Shown here one piece after another: positions 25,963 through 39,329 of a stretch of DNA of 64,000 nt. The DNA is from Octopus sinensis. Lineage: Eukaryota. Position 1 is the stretch's first letter. Each line of letters opens with the position of its first letter. Both the position numbers and the translations under genes were made by a program. The notes under the pieces are model-generated. The model did not search any database and was not told the DNA's origin. It worked only from the letters and a program-made list of their open reading frames with translations. The stretch lies in contig NC_042998.1 in NCBI RefSeq assembly GCF_006345805.1, positions 180,296,001 through 180,360,000 on the forward strand, given 5' to 3'.

Positions 25963-26399
25963 GGATCTTTTCGGTTTGAACGGCAGTTTTTTTTTTCTAG
26001 CGGTGTCATATGAAATTGTCACCCATAATTATGACCCTAGTATCGATCTATTGCATTTCAATCTGTTTTAAGGTTAGGGTTAGTTAGGGTTAGTCTTAGG
26101 GGTGGGGGAAAGGGCATCTTTTTTTCTTCACAAATGTAAATAAATCCAATATGTTTCTTAAACGAGGGACATATTCATACGGCACAGAATGTTTTTTACT
26201 TCAATAGACGTCATTGATTGGTTGAAGTTGCAGAAATTGAAGAAAAACAACAACAAATATCTTACAAACTATAGAATTTTCTCAATAAAGCCAAGAGAAA
26301 AATATGTTTTATAAACACATTCTACCAGTATACGAAGTTTAAAAGTGCTTAGTTACCTAGAAATTATGTTAAAAACTGCCGTTCAAACCGAAAAGATCC
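25963..26399. mobile_element. 437-bp MITE with 29-bp perfect TIRs and an 8-bp TSD (Merlin- or hAT-like)
   Basis: ggatcttttcggtttgaacggcagttttt / aaaaactgccgttcaaaccgaaaagatcc, flanked by agatagta / agatagtg. Confidence 0.88.
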
Positions 26400-27426
26400 A
26401 GATAGTGTACTCTTGTCGGCGTCTCCTAGCTTCGCTGGTCTTCTACTTTTAGTAAAATTAAAGTGTGCGTATACACAAGTGATTTCTTAGCCGAAGATGA
26501 CCTACTCGAATGTAAAAACAAGCTTGCTTTTGCCACGAAAAAATGCAATGGTATAATAAAGACTGTCAACCCGTGATTTATTATGATACACTATGTTTCG
26601 AGAGGGGATTTGTTAAACTAGTTGAATGAGGAATTTTGGATCTAATCTTATTTATACTTTAGGCTCTCTTTCTTCGTTGAAGGATAATACTATTTATGAA
26701 GACGCGAAATCTTTCATTAGCAAAGTTAGTGAGATTGTTTCAATAAGTGCGCTGTCAAGTTTATCACCCACATTAATAAAGTTCACTTTTGAAAGAGAAA
26801 TTCTAAGCCTTGGGGAAGAGACTAAATCTGCAACTTTATTTTGCTATCCTATTTCCTAAAAGACTAGAAATTTATGATACTGCCTTCTTTAACACTTGAT
26901 TGCAGCATGACAATGGCGAGTTCTTTTACTTATTTAAACCAAAAGTTGAGTTGTTTTATTATTGAATAAAGATTTTAGTTTACAAAACAATTTTTTAAAT
27001 ATTTATTTGTGGAGACGGCGAGCTAGACAAACTATTTTGCGGCATTTCGTTCTAAGTTCGAATTCCGCAAAGATCGACTTTACCTTTCATTTCAATCATT
27101 TCAACCCTTAGTACCAGTCGAATAATGGGGTTGATGTAATCCACTATTCACCTCCGGCAAAATTTTATGCCTTGTGCTCATAATTAAAAGGGATATTTCT
27201 TACGTCTAATAGTTATAATTTGCCCTCAGTCTGCATATTTATATCTGTAGTGCATATTGTAGAACAAATGTAGTACTGTTAAAAAAAAAAACCTCTTAGT
27301 ATTCTAAAAACCCTAATGCTTTTCTGAGTCTGTATCCATTGAAGAATTAGATTAAATTTCTGGGTTCAAATTCTACAGTAGGAATTTTAAATGTGAGCGT
27401 CGACAGTGATAATAAGATAAACGGTA

Positions 27427-28011
27427 ATAATCCTTTTTGCTAAAGGCCCAAGGTTTAAAATTTTGGAGGAGGGGAGTAGTCGATTACATCGTTTCACTGG
27501 TACTTAATTTATCGACCCCGAGGGGTGAAAGGCAAAGTCACACTCGGAGGAATTTGGACTCAGAACGTAGCGATGGGTGAAATACCTATTTCTATTTCTT
27601 TACTGCTCACAAGGGGCTAAACACAGAGGGGACAAACAAGGACAAAGAAACGGATGAAGTCGATTATATCGACCCTAGTTCGTAACTGGTACTTAATTTA
27701 TCAACCCTGAAAGGATGAAAGGCAAAGTCGACCTCGGCGGAATTTGAAATCTCAGAACGTAGCGGCAGACGAAATACCTTTTTTTTTTACTACCCACAAG
27801 GGGCTAACACAGAGGAGACAAACAAGGAGAGACAAACGGATTAAGTCGATTATATCAACCCAGTGCGTAACTGGTACTTATTTAATCGACCCCGAAAGGA
27901 TGAAAGGCAAAGTCGATCTCGGCGGAATTTGAGCACAGAATGTAACAACAGACGAAATACCGCTAAGCATTTCGCCCTGCGTGCTAACGATTCTGCCAGC
28001 TCGACGCCTTA
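27427..28011 (-). mobile_element. SINE family A tandem multimer (one head, three body units)
   Basis: One head at about 28010 followed by repeated core-plus-tail units. Confidence 0.88.
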
Positions 28012-28117
28012 AATATAAACGCTAATAATATACTGGAGGGAAAACACTAGGGTCGATGTAATCAACCTACTCCCACCATCGAAACTTGTGGCGTTTGTTA
28101 AAACTTTAAATTATTAT

Positions 28118-28350
28118 TAACGGCGGTGAATGTAGAGAGCAAGTAGGATCGTTAACGCGGACGCCAAAATGCTTATCATCGTTTCGTTCGTCTTTACGTT
28201 TTGTGTTCAAATTCGGCCGAGTTCGACTTGGTGGTTCATCCCCTTCTGGCTCGATAAAACAAAGTACCAGTTGAGCACTGAGGGCATTGTAATCGACTTA
28301 AACCCTCACCCCCGAAATTGCTGGCCTTGTTCCAAAATTTGAAACCATGA
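28118..28350 (+). mobile_element. SINE family A, diverged copy
   Basis: Core and tail recognisable. Confidence 0.7.
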
Positions 28351-28599
28351 TTATGACATCCGAACAACGGACCATGAAGGAGGTCTTTCATGAGCATCTA
28401 TTTCAAGCAACCAATGTTCCCTTTCTATGCACTCTTTGATGGCTCACATATTTAACGCTATGGGTGGGTGTAAGTGTAGAACGGTGTGTGTACGTGCAGG
28501 AGTATTTAGTCTTGTTTATGATTATACTCTCGTTAGTACAAGAAAGAATATTATTTTTCAAAGTTGTTTAGTTTTAAATATAATAGACGGCGTGTGTGT

Positions 28600-28608
28600 G
28601 TATATATA

Positions 28609-28648
<40 letters not shown>

Positions 28649-28865
28649 TTATGTATGTAGGTATATATGTAATATATACATATTATGTGTATATAATATA
28701 TACATGTGTATGTATATGTATATATATATTATATATATATATACATATATATATATATGTATATATATATATACATACATATACATATATATATACATAT
28801 ATATATATATACATATATTATACATATATACACATATATATATACATATAAACACATATATATAC

Positions 28866-28906
<41 letters not shown>

Positions 28907-28971
28907 CATATATATATACATTATATATACATATATATATATATATATATACATATACATACATACATACA

Positions 28972-29003
<32 letters not shown>

Positions 29004-29017
29004 CATATATATATATC
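28600..29017. repeat. Compound (AT)n/(ACAT)n tract
   Basis: Direct inspection. Confidence 0.95.
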
Positions 29018-29230
29018 CGTAGCCTTATGATTTTCCCCACGCTTATATGAACTCAAACACGTATATGTTGTTTAATGTCAAATCTGAGAGATATGCTTCT
29101 GTTTGATATCTTCCGCCTCCGCTTCTTCTTCCGCTTATGTCTTTTTCTTCATTACCACCATATTTATCATTCATTACACATGGAATGTGCAACTGCGTAC
29201 ATTTACCTATTGCTCCTATTGTCTTGGTTT

Positions 29231-29287
<57 letters not shown>

Positions 29288-29288
29288 G

Positions 29289-29327
<39 letters not shown>

Positions 29328-31724
29328 GTATTACACCCACATGTACAAACACACGCATACAAACTATAGTGAAAGAGAAAGTTAGTCGTAAATAATGGAA
29401 GCTGGATTAAGGAATGTTTTAACCTTTAAAGAAGCCAAGGATTCAGTTGCAGGGATTCAGCGGAAGAAACCAGAAATATGCAACATAAACAGTATTATTT
29501 ACGTTCCTGAAAATAATACTAAACTTAGTTCCATATGACATTTTGGTAGTTCTTTTATAGATTGTTCTCCAATATTACAAAGATACAGTTTATGATACTG
29601 GCTTGCTAAAATATTCTTTGTCACTGGAGGTAACATTATTTTACTGATGTATATCTTTTAACTTTACAATACCAATTTTTACCTCGCCTGTATCAGCCCA
29701 ATCATGAGCATCATGGTTATCGCTCTCTCTATTTACATTCATTACCATATTATTAACTGTCATTGTTCCTTACCTGCGGTAACTGTCATATACTCATTAA
29801 TATTGAGAGATTCATCTAGTGCTTTCTATTTAACAGCTCAACTCCAGGCTATTAACGCCTTTTGTCAACAATTTCTTTCTCTCTTCGCGGACTAAATCAA
29901 ATTATACCGTACTCTTTTAATTTACTCTTGAGTCATCTTCGGCATCTGAAACAACGGCAGCATTAAAATAAGAGTTGTTATCTAAAATTATGTTTACCCT
30001 GTTTCGAATACTTTTTCTAATTCTTTACTTGCATTCAGCATCACTGAATCATGTATTCATAATATTAATCACTTCGGGGGATTTTGTGAGTGTGTTATAT
30101 AATGTGAACAATGTATGCAGAAATTCATTGTTACATCAAAGAATAAGGTGACCCAAAGGGTAACTCAACGATACACAATTCGGAGTAAAATGCAACATGC
30201 ATTACGTCTTGTAAGCTGTTCATCAGCATACACTGAATAAAAGTTAAGGACAGTAATATACACCCGTTACCCCTTTCTGCTGCAATACAACGTTAGTGCA
30301 TCAGATAAAATGACTTGTTGCATCTGTTCCGGCTCTTTGAAATCTGTGTTCAAATTTCCGTGAAATCTATGATGTCTTGTATCCTTAAGAAATCGATAAA
30401 AATATTCCTTTAATGAGCAGGGGATAAACGATATTATTGACAGGTCAATCGGTATGCCTTGCAGTAGCTTTTCCACCTCATTGTGTTCAAATATCGTCGT
30501 GCCTTAATTGGATGTTAAAGTTAATGCGTTGCACCGTTTAACAACACCTGTTGTGAGCATTTGAGCCATGTCTCCGATTTGATGAAACCTTCGTACTTTC
30601 TACGAGTCTTAACGACATTGTAAAAAGTCGTTACTTCTGGCCAGTCGATATACGCACGTACATTTATACTTAAATATGAAATTGAAAAAAAAAATCTTAA
30701 ACACGCATACGCACACATATCAATGGACTCAGATATGAATAACTGCTATAAAAAATTTATATTAAGTTCAAAGATCCCAAAGACAATTCCATACACGGGG
30801 TATTATGAGTAAGCATTTTTACTATTGCTTATGGTGAACCTAGGCATTTTAAGTGAATCTGAGCGAACGGGAATTAATATAAATCCGTCGAATAAATTTT
30901 AAATACAATTTAAGATTTAGTTATGTTACACATTGTGTCACGTTGACTCGACATGAGAATTGCCTAAAAGCATAGGCATAAGTGAGTTACTTGTTAATTT
31001 GTTGAATACACATTTCAGGTGATTGAATAGTTGAATGCGTATCGTCAAAACCAACAAAGGAACTGTTATACAGCCGAAACGAAACAGTGTTTAATACAGA
31101 GTAAATATTTTTGTGTATTTGAAAAGCCAAAGTTATGCGGACTATAAAGGTGAAGCTAAAGAAATAAGATAAATCGCTGATTTGCACTTATATATCTTAT
31201 TTTTCAAAGTTTCGTGAGTAAGCGCCTCTCCTAAGGAAAAGTAAATCGAAGACTTGGTTTTTCGAGTTAGCTTTTCTGCTCATAAAATGTGAATATGGGG
31301 TGGGTCTTGACATGTGCAGTATATCATAGCTATATTAGCCAATCACCTGCATGCAACTCAGTTCTGTTGTTAATGCGTGGTTTGATCTTGCTGCTGCTGA
31401 TGGCTTCTATTATACTCAGATTCTTCAATGTTTCGTTCCGCAGCTTCTATAGTGAACTGGATGCCAAGGGCGTAATATTTCCTCAGATGTTTTCTTGACA
31501 GAAGAAGCGTCATTCCTATTTAATTTTTAAAACATCTCCAGAACAACTAAGACAAAAATCTGTTGGACAAAATCCGTCAATTGCAGTGCAATTGGTTAAA
31601 ATTGGTTAAATTTTTTTTTTAAATATGTTTCAGAGGATTTTTTCAAGAATATAACGAAAGTATTCAATAATGAAAGCATTGGTAATGATTCTTCATCTCC
31701 TGTGTTTTAAATAATGGGATTTTA

Positions 31725-31901
31725 CAGTTCTATATTTGAGAGATGAGGAATTATGTACATTATTTATATTATTTACATTTGACGGATATTTGTCATCTCG
31801 TTTGTTGTTAACACAATGTTTTGGCTGATTTACTCTCCAGTCTTCTTCAGGTGTCCTGGGTAATTTTGAACCTGGATTCTCATTCCTAAGGTATTTTTCG
31901 A

Positions 31902-31936
<35 letters not shown>

Positions 31937-31978
31937 TCACTGCTTGGAATCGATCTTGTAATCTTGAGATTATGGCCA
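31725..31978 (-). mobile_element. tRNA-head/(AAT)n/PLE-tail element, head-truncated copy
   Basis: Reverse-complement homologue of 32005-32290. Confidence 0.8.
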
Positions 31979-31979
31979 C

Positions 31980-32057
31980 GGGCATATGGCGTATTGGTTA
32001 AGAGCGCGGGCTACTAACCCCAAGATTCCGAGTTCGATTCCAGGTAGTGACCTGAAT

Positions 32058-32093
<36 letters not shown>

Positions 32094-32290
32094 AATAATA
32101 ATAATAATAATAATAGTAAGAACAACAACAACAACCACATCGAAAAATACCTCAGGAATGAGAACCCAGGTTCGAAATTTCCCCAGTACACCTGAAGAAT
32201 ACTGGAGAGTAAATCAGTCGAAACGTTGTGTTAATAACAAAGAAGACGAGGACAAATATCCGTCAAATGTAAATAACGCAAATAATGTAA
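31980..32290 (+). mobile_element. Chimeric element: tRNA-like head, (AAC/AAT)n, hammerhead-bearing PLE-type tail
   Basis: A box tggcgtattgg and B box gagttcgattcc; tail acac-CTGAAGA...GAAA-CG-TT-gtgt. Confidence 0.75.
32188..32231 (+). ncRNA. Minimal type-I hammerhead ribozyme motif
   Basis: ACAC-CTGAAGA-A-TACTG gagagtaaat CAGTC-GAAA-CG-TT-GTGT. Intact CUGANGA and GAAA boxes; the base of stem II is mismatched. Confidence 0.62.
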
Positions 32291-34249
32291 TGTTATTTTA
32301 ACATTATAGTTCCCTTTATCATAATGTTTTTAGTCCCAATGAAGGATAAGCGGGTGTGTTGTAGTTTAAAACGAAAATATACTTTATGAGTGACTTCAAA
32401 ATTCAAACAGTTACTAGAAGATCAAAAAATAATACATGATCCTTGCAGAAGGCTACATACATTTCAACGTGTACATGGAAACGTTGGAAATGTTCAAAAA
32501 TAAGTATTCAAAGAGATTTGGAAATAAACCTCCTGCTGTCTGTGACGAAACAACACTTCTGTCCGGATCCTAGCAAAATTTGGAATAACCACGGTAAAAT
32601 GGCTACGAATATATAAATATTGTTGTGTTGATAAAAAAAAATCGCACTTGTACCACTTTACCGTTTGTATCGTAATTCTTGACATCTACAAATAAGAAGC
32701 TTTCCAAATTGCCCAAGAATACCAAAAGAACCGAAATATTTCAGGGCTTCTTCATTTATGAAATGTACTTTAATTTTACAGTGAGAATTACGGCGTTAGC
32801 GATCAACTAGTACATGGACATTTAGCCCATAGTACAACACTTCTTGAAATGATGTCGTTCAATAACCTCTTCAGCTACCTAATTTAAAATACGTTACATT
32901 CATTAAATCAGTCTGTTAAGGACTTCGAATAATCTTGAATAAATGTTGTGTCCGGCATATAAGTAGATCTTACGACTGCATTGAACGGTTTCGAACATGT
33001 ATTAGCGATATTATTTCTTCTTTTCTGGGTCCACACGTTAGAAATCTTTAGCATCTAACACAATTTGAATAATGAAAGATGCAATGTTTTGGACTGAATA
33101 ATAAATACAGATATAGTGGTCGAGTGAAATATTTTTGTAGGAAGTTGGATGGACTAGTTTTTCTATGAATGCAATAGATTATGCGACTGAGAATATCCTA
33201 ATGCTGCAGGACTGAAAGTCTAAGTGGGTTAAATCTGTATCTGCGCCATTGGCCATCGTTTCCAGCTACTAGCTTTATTTAATGAAATACGTCCACCAGT
33301 ATACTGGAAAAAGATCCCTACACCAGTTCAAGATCATTTATGGAATTCTGGCCAGGCAGACATTAAGGTGAATGCTCTTTCCCAACACTTGTCTGAGAGT
33401 TAGGATTTCGTTTTCTCTAGAGTTTGTAAAACGTCTCCATCCAACCATATGAGAGGTATTGAAATTATTAGAAATTATTAATCTCGTCTATTAACTGCCT
33501 CGATTAAATGTTCTGGAGGTGTTCTTCCAAATAGATAAGATAACCATACCACAAAGGAGTATCAACGACGTTTGAAAGACCTATTTATAGGCTACGCGAA
33601 ATTGTGCAAAACATTGGAAGAATGTTTTAATGAAGCAGGGAACACTATAAGATAAGAGAAAATGGAACTCTCACTCAATCTTATATTTAATGAGGTTTAC
33701 AATAAAATTTCTTTTTTACCTTTCGGTATGGTGTTGCTTTTATTATGCTTATACTTATGGGGTTGAAAATAATTCGACCGCCTATAAAATAATCTGCTAA
33801 AAATTTATAATGCAAATGTTAATACATCCTACTTTGGAATACTTGTAATGCCTTCCTTATTGCAGTTTCATTATAAAGTGCCCAAATCCATTCCTCATTA
33901 TATTTCTTTGGTAACCGAACGGGATTTCATTAACTGGGTAATCATTTCAGCAGAACACTCGAAGCAATTGAAAGGTTTCACTTCATACGACTTTTACATT
34001 AACTACTAAAACTAAGTAATTAATACATTAATTATTTACTTTTTAATGCATTTTATTCTTGAAAATTAAATTTTTTAATGTTTTCTTTATACTTCAAGGA
34101 GGTTTCTCCAAACTTCTCAGTTATGCAAGCCAACGTACATACACACATACACGTACACACACATATTCACACACACACACACATACACAGTCACAGAAAC
34201 ACATATACACATACATATGCATACATATATAATATGTGTAAATGTATAT

Positions 34250-34463
<214 letters not shown>

Positions 34464-34629
34464 TATGGGTTTCAAAGAAAAAAGACTACACGTGGTATAA
34501 GTAGGGGCAAAGTAAGAGGAAAACAGAGAAAATGCACATTATATATAAAAATAAAGGCTTTTTAAGAAAAGCGAAAACAAATATACATACAATTATATTA
34601 TTTGAGGTGAAAGTATGACGTATATAAAT

Positions 34630-34771
34630 CTTTATTATGGGTTGTGTGGTAAGTAGCTTGCTTACGAACCACATGGTTCCAGGTTCAGTCCCACTGCGTG
34701 GCACTTTGGGCAAGTGTCTTCTACTAAAGCCTCGGGCCGATTTGGTAGACGGAAACTAAAAGAAGCCCGTC

Positions 34772-34818
<47 letters not shown>

Positions 34819-35068
34819 GTGTGTGTGTGTGTGTGTGTGTGTATGCATGTTTGTGTGTATATGTTTCTGTCTGTGTTTGTGTCCCCAGCATCGCTTGACA
34901 ACCGATGGTGGTGAGTTTACGTCCCCGTAAACTTGCGGTTCGGCAAAAGAGACCGATAGAACAAGTACTAAGCTTACAAAGAATAAGTCCTGGGGGCGAT
35001 TCGCTCGACTAAAAGCGGTGCTCCAGCATGGCCACAGTCAAATGACTGAAACAAGTAAAGTAAAAGAG
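34630..35068 (+). mobile_element. SINE family C with an internal (AT)n(GT)n tract
   Basis: Full head, CORE-like box, internal microsatellite and tail. Confidence 0.88.
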
Positions 35069-35071
35069 TAT

Positions 35072-35902
35072 ATGAATCATTATAGAGATTCAAAGTCATA
35101 CCGGTTTCGTCAGAGCTGATTACGGACTTTGAATGAAGACCAATTACCAAACGGTGTTCGATCTAATAGTACCTGAATGAAAAGATTACATGCAAAGGAG
35201 GTAAGCAGTTCTGAATATGATGCAATTAAGGTGGATATAAATACTGGAACATTAATGGTGTATGGGATGTATGGAAATCAGTGGGAACTATTGGTATTGG
35301 TAAAGTTAGTAGTGTCCTGTATTAAGTTGTGTATTCATGTTGAGTTGTGGATGATATTTATTAATGAAATTTACGACTTTTTTTAATATTTGCTGTACTG
35401 AGATGTTCCATGAACATTGATAAAAAGGGAAAATTAGGAAGTTCGGTTTCAGGTTCCTAACGCTTCTTTCTATGTGCTCACTGACCTGTATCTGTCTACA
35501 TCGTGGGTAGCGGATTTGTTCTTTGTGAAGAGTTTTTCGTCGTTGGAGTGACATTCCTGCTTGGCCTATATAGTGATTTCCAAACCCTAAGTAGGTAATA
35601 GCATACATTAAATTTTCAGAGGAAAAGGAATTTGATTTATCTTAAATATTTTACCTTGTTTGATGTGAAACTCTATACCCTCCAAAAGGTGGGAGCATGA
35701 CTGCTTGAACTTAAATCAACACTAATCAGGAGACATCATCCACCTTAATTGCATCACATTCAGAGCTGCTTACCTCCTTTGCATGTAATCTATTCATTCA
35801 GGTACTATTAGACCCAACACCGTTTGGAAATCGGTGTTCATTCAAAGTCAGTGATCAGCTCTGACGATACTGGTATGACTTTGAATTTCTATAATGATTC
35901 AT
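35072..35902 (-). mobile_element. 5'-truncated Penelope-like element: GIY-YIG endonuclease remnant between inverted terminal repeats
   Basis: ORF 35306-35608 (ENL)MYAITYLGFGNHYIGQAGMSLQRRKTLHKEQI...FINKYHPQLN matches the PLE GIY-YIG pattern. 35072-35236 and 35738-35902 are inverted copies. Confidence 0.85.
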
Positions 35903-35955
35903 AATGAAGATTTATATACTTCGTAATTTCATCTCAAATAATCTAATTGTATGTA

Positions 35956-35992
<37 letters not shown>

Positions 35993-36204
35993 TAAGCAAT
36001 AAAGGGTTTAGCAACGAATTGCCTTACCACATACCGAATTTAGAAATAGCAGTCAAAGAGTTATAGCTATTTCTTCTACTAAAAAGGGAGATCTCAGTAA
36101 AAATGCACATTAGATATAAAAAATAAAGGCTTTTTAAGAAAAGCGAAGACAAATATACATACAATTATATTATTTGAGGTGAAAGTATGACGTATATAAA
36201 TCTT

Positions 36205-36363
36205 TATTATGGGCTGTGTGATAAGTAGCTTGCTTACGAACCACATGGTTCCAGGTTCAGTCCCACTGCGTGGCACTTTGGGCAAGTGTCTTCTACTAAA
36301 GCCTCGGGCCTACCAAACCCTTGTGAGTTGATTTGGTAGACGGAAACTAAAAGAAGCTCGTCG

Positions 36364-36427
<64 letters not shown>

Positions 36428-36602
36428 ATGTGTGTGTATGCATGTTTGTGTGTATATGTTTCTGTCTGTGTTTGTATCCCCAACATCGCTTGACAACCGA
36501 TGGTGGTGTGTTTACGTCCACGTAACTTTGCGGTTCGACAAAAGAGACCGATAGAATAAGTACTAAGCTTACAAAGAATAAGTCCTGGGGGCGATTCGCT
36601 CG
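36205..36602 (+). mobile_element. SINE family C, duplicate of the 34630 copy
   Basis: Shares private variants and about 100 bp of 5' flank with 34529-35007. Confidence 0.85.
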
Positions 36603-37776
36603 CCCCTTTTTAGTAGAAGAAATAGCTATAACTCTTTGACTGCTATTTCTAAATTCGGTATGTGGTAAGGCAATTCGTTGCTAAACCCTTTATTGCTTAG
36701 TATTACTTAAATTTTCCTCGAATGAGGCTTTTACATGCCGAAGACTACTTGGTGTAATTGATAATTATTCCAAATTAATTAATTTCACCCTTCATTATTA
36801 CGGATAACTATATATTATATATATATATATATATATATTTGCTTTTCTTAAAAAGGGCTTCCTTTTTTATCTAATGTGCATTTCCTGTTTTCTTTTTACT
36901 TTTCCGATGTATAAATGTATATATATATATATATATATATATAATACACACATATATATATACATACATACACACACACACACACATACATAAATATATA
37001 TATATGCTAAGAGAGAGAGAGAGAGAATCCTAATATGACAAAGAAAGACTTAAATACATATTTAATAATAGGTTACAATTGTTTCTGTACCAACTCTGCT
37101 TTCAACGCCAATTCACGTAAATGCTCCAAGTAGAAGGTTTATATATATATATATGTGTGTGTGTGTGCGCGCGCGCGTGTGTGTGTGTGTGTGTGTTCAG
37201 GAAAAGAGAGGGATGAAGGGAGAAAACATACCAATTTAGCTGGCATTAGCAGAATCATATTTAATACTCATGAATAAACCTACTCACTTGATGAAGTGCA
37301 GATGTCCAATTGTAGGCCAGAATTTAAGACATATTTTTTTTTTTTGAAAATATTTCTCTAGTACCAATATAATATGAATATCATTATATTCTTACGGATG
37401 AACAAGCAGACGGAAAAATTTCGAATTAGGAATGAACTTGCAAAAAAAGAAATATATGAATATAAATCTATGAAATCATTGAAGCGATTTGGTTACTATC
37501 CACCTGGATTATAAGATTTTGAAATGTATACATATGTACTAACGTACGCAACACACACATACAAACACGCACGCAAACATGCACACACACATATATTACA
37601 TACTTTCGTGTACGTATATGAATTGTATTGCTTACTGTTGTCTGTTTTTGTAAGCAAGCACCATGGGATGAATAAGCTAATGAATATCTTTACGTAATTC
37701 CTGTTCTCTTGTCACTTATGAATGGATATACATGCACGCATGCTGACATAAATAAATAAATATATATATATATATA

Positions 37777-37810
<34 letters not shown>

Positions 37811-38499
37811 TGTGTGCGAGCGCCCGTGAGTACGTCTATATTTGATGCGTATATAACGTATATAAATATTATACATATATTTACCTATATATATATGTAT
37901 GTGGGCATATATATATATAGATGTTATATTGGCCTCGTAAATGGATGGTGTCATCCAAAGAAATATTGGTTCAATACCTAATATAGTTGAGGGAGATTAA
38001 TATCCATAAAATAATAGGTTTATGTAATATAAACCATGGCTTAAATCCTTCACGGCAGACATGAGTCTGCCGCCGTGATCCTAAAGTCTAACTCACAAAA
38101 TATCTAAGGGTAGTATATTTTTTCCCTCCCTCTGAACAGATTATGCTAAGAAATGTGATTTTAGTATTTATTTAACTTCGCTGAGCTTAAATGAAACAGC
38201 TGTAAGGACTAATGGTCGATTTTGGCTGATATTAAACTCTTACTAACTTCAATAACAGTATTTTCTTATCCTTCATTTATATATGTGTGTGTGTGCATGT
38301 GTGTGTGTGTGTATGTGCGTTCGCATGCGTATATATGCATACATGCTATTTTGTTGCTTTTTGTTGTTTTGTATGTATGTATGTATGTATGTATGTATGT
38401 ATGTATGTATGTATACAGGTTGTTGGGGCTAATTTTAACAGATTGCAAAAAGAAAGAAAAGAAAACACAATAGCCAGGCCTCAACAAATTTCAACAAGG

Positions 38500-39010
38500 T
38501 TATGGCTGGAAGTTAACTGCTTACTTAAAGTCACTGCCCTCAATTTCCACCGCGGTTTGAAGACGGCTCCTAAACCTAGCTCATGTGTTCCTTACCGTGT
38601 TCATGAGATGATCTTCAAGCACCTCTTCAATCCCGGCCACAGCTCGGCGTTTGTGTTCCAGGTAGAGTGGTTGGTGTATTTTTAACCCACCGACCCACAC
38701 ACAAACACGTAGTACACCAACCATGGAATTACAATCGGAAGAGTTAAGAAGCCAGAAACTTGGAATGGTAAAGTATAAGAAAATCTCCGTCGACCACTTT
38801 GAGGTTAGGCAAGGAGGAGCCGATTCCTGTTGCCATAAATATGGCCTTTCTGCAGTTACCCACTCCAGCCACGGATTGACCATAGTCTTTAGCAGTTTCA
38901 ACATAGCCGTGTGAATTGAGTCTAAGGCCCTGTTCAAAGATGTGAGGAAGAACACTGAGTGGTGTACACAGTCATAACTTCTTGTGTAGCCATCTTTGCA
39001 GGCCACGGCT
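38500..39010 (-). mobile_element. Tc1/mariner maT (DD37D-type) transposase C-terminal fossil
   Basis: VNPWLEWVTAERPYLWQQESAP...FWLLNSSDCNSM corresponds to the PYVWQQDSAP..FWPPNSPDCNP signature. Confidence 0.85.
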
Positions 39011-39329
39011 TCTTAATCTTCGTTGTAGCTATCTGTGACACGTCTCACATCGTTTAAAGTATTCAGAGAACATTGAGTTACAGTCAAGATATCGTCGTTT
39101 TAATAGCCGGCGCGAATCATCATCATACAGATACATCTTCTCCAATATTCTGATATCTTTCTCCATTTCAAGAAATTTCTTCTCAACTATAACTTTGATA
39201 TTTATGCTCTACAACGCACTTAAATAATTACCTATACATCAAAATCTTCATGATAAAACGAGGCAAAATGAATTATCAAATTTATTATCTGTCTGTTAGT
39301 CAAATTATAGTACAATTATATATATATCT

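Noticed and set aside
26662-31427. Isolated exon-like segments near 26662 (+), 29774 (-), 30271 (-) and 31328 (-)
   Set aside because: Plausible splice sites and short open frames, but no consistent chain or recognisable peptide. Such hits are expected by chance in AT-rich DNA.
31980-32054. Functional tRNA gene (anticodon ACT)
   Set aside because: Acceptor, anticodon and T stems are mismatched, there is no long Ser-type variable arm, and it is joined to a repeat tail. Treated as a SINE-type head.
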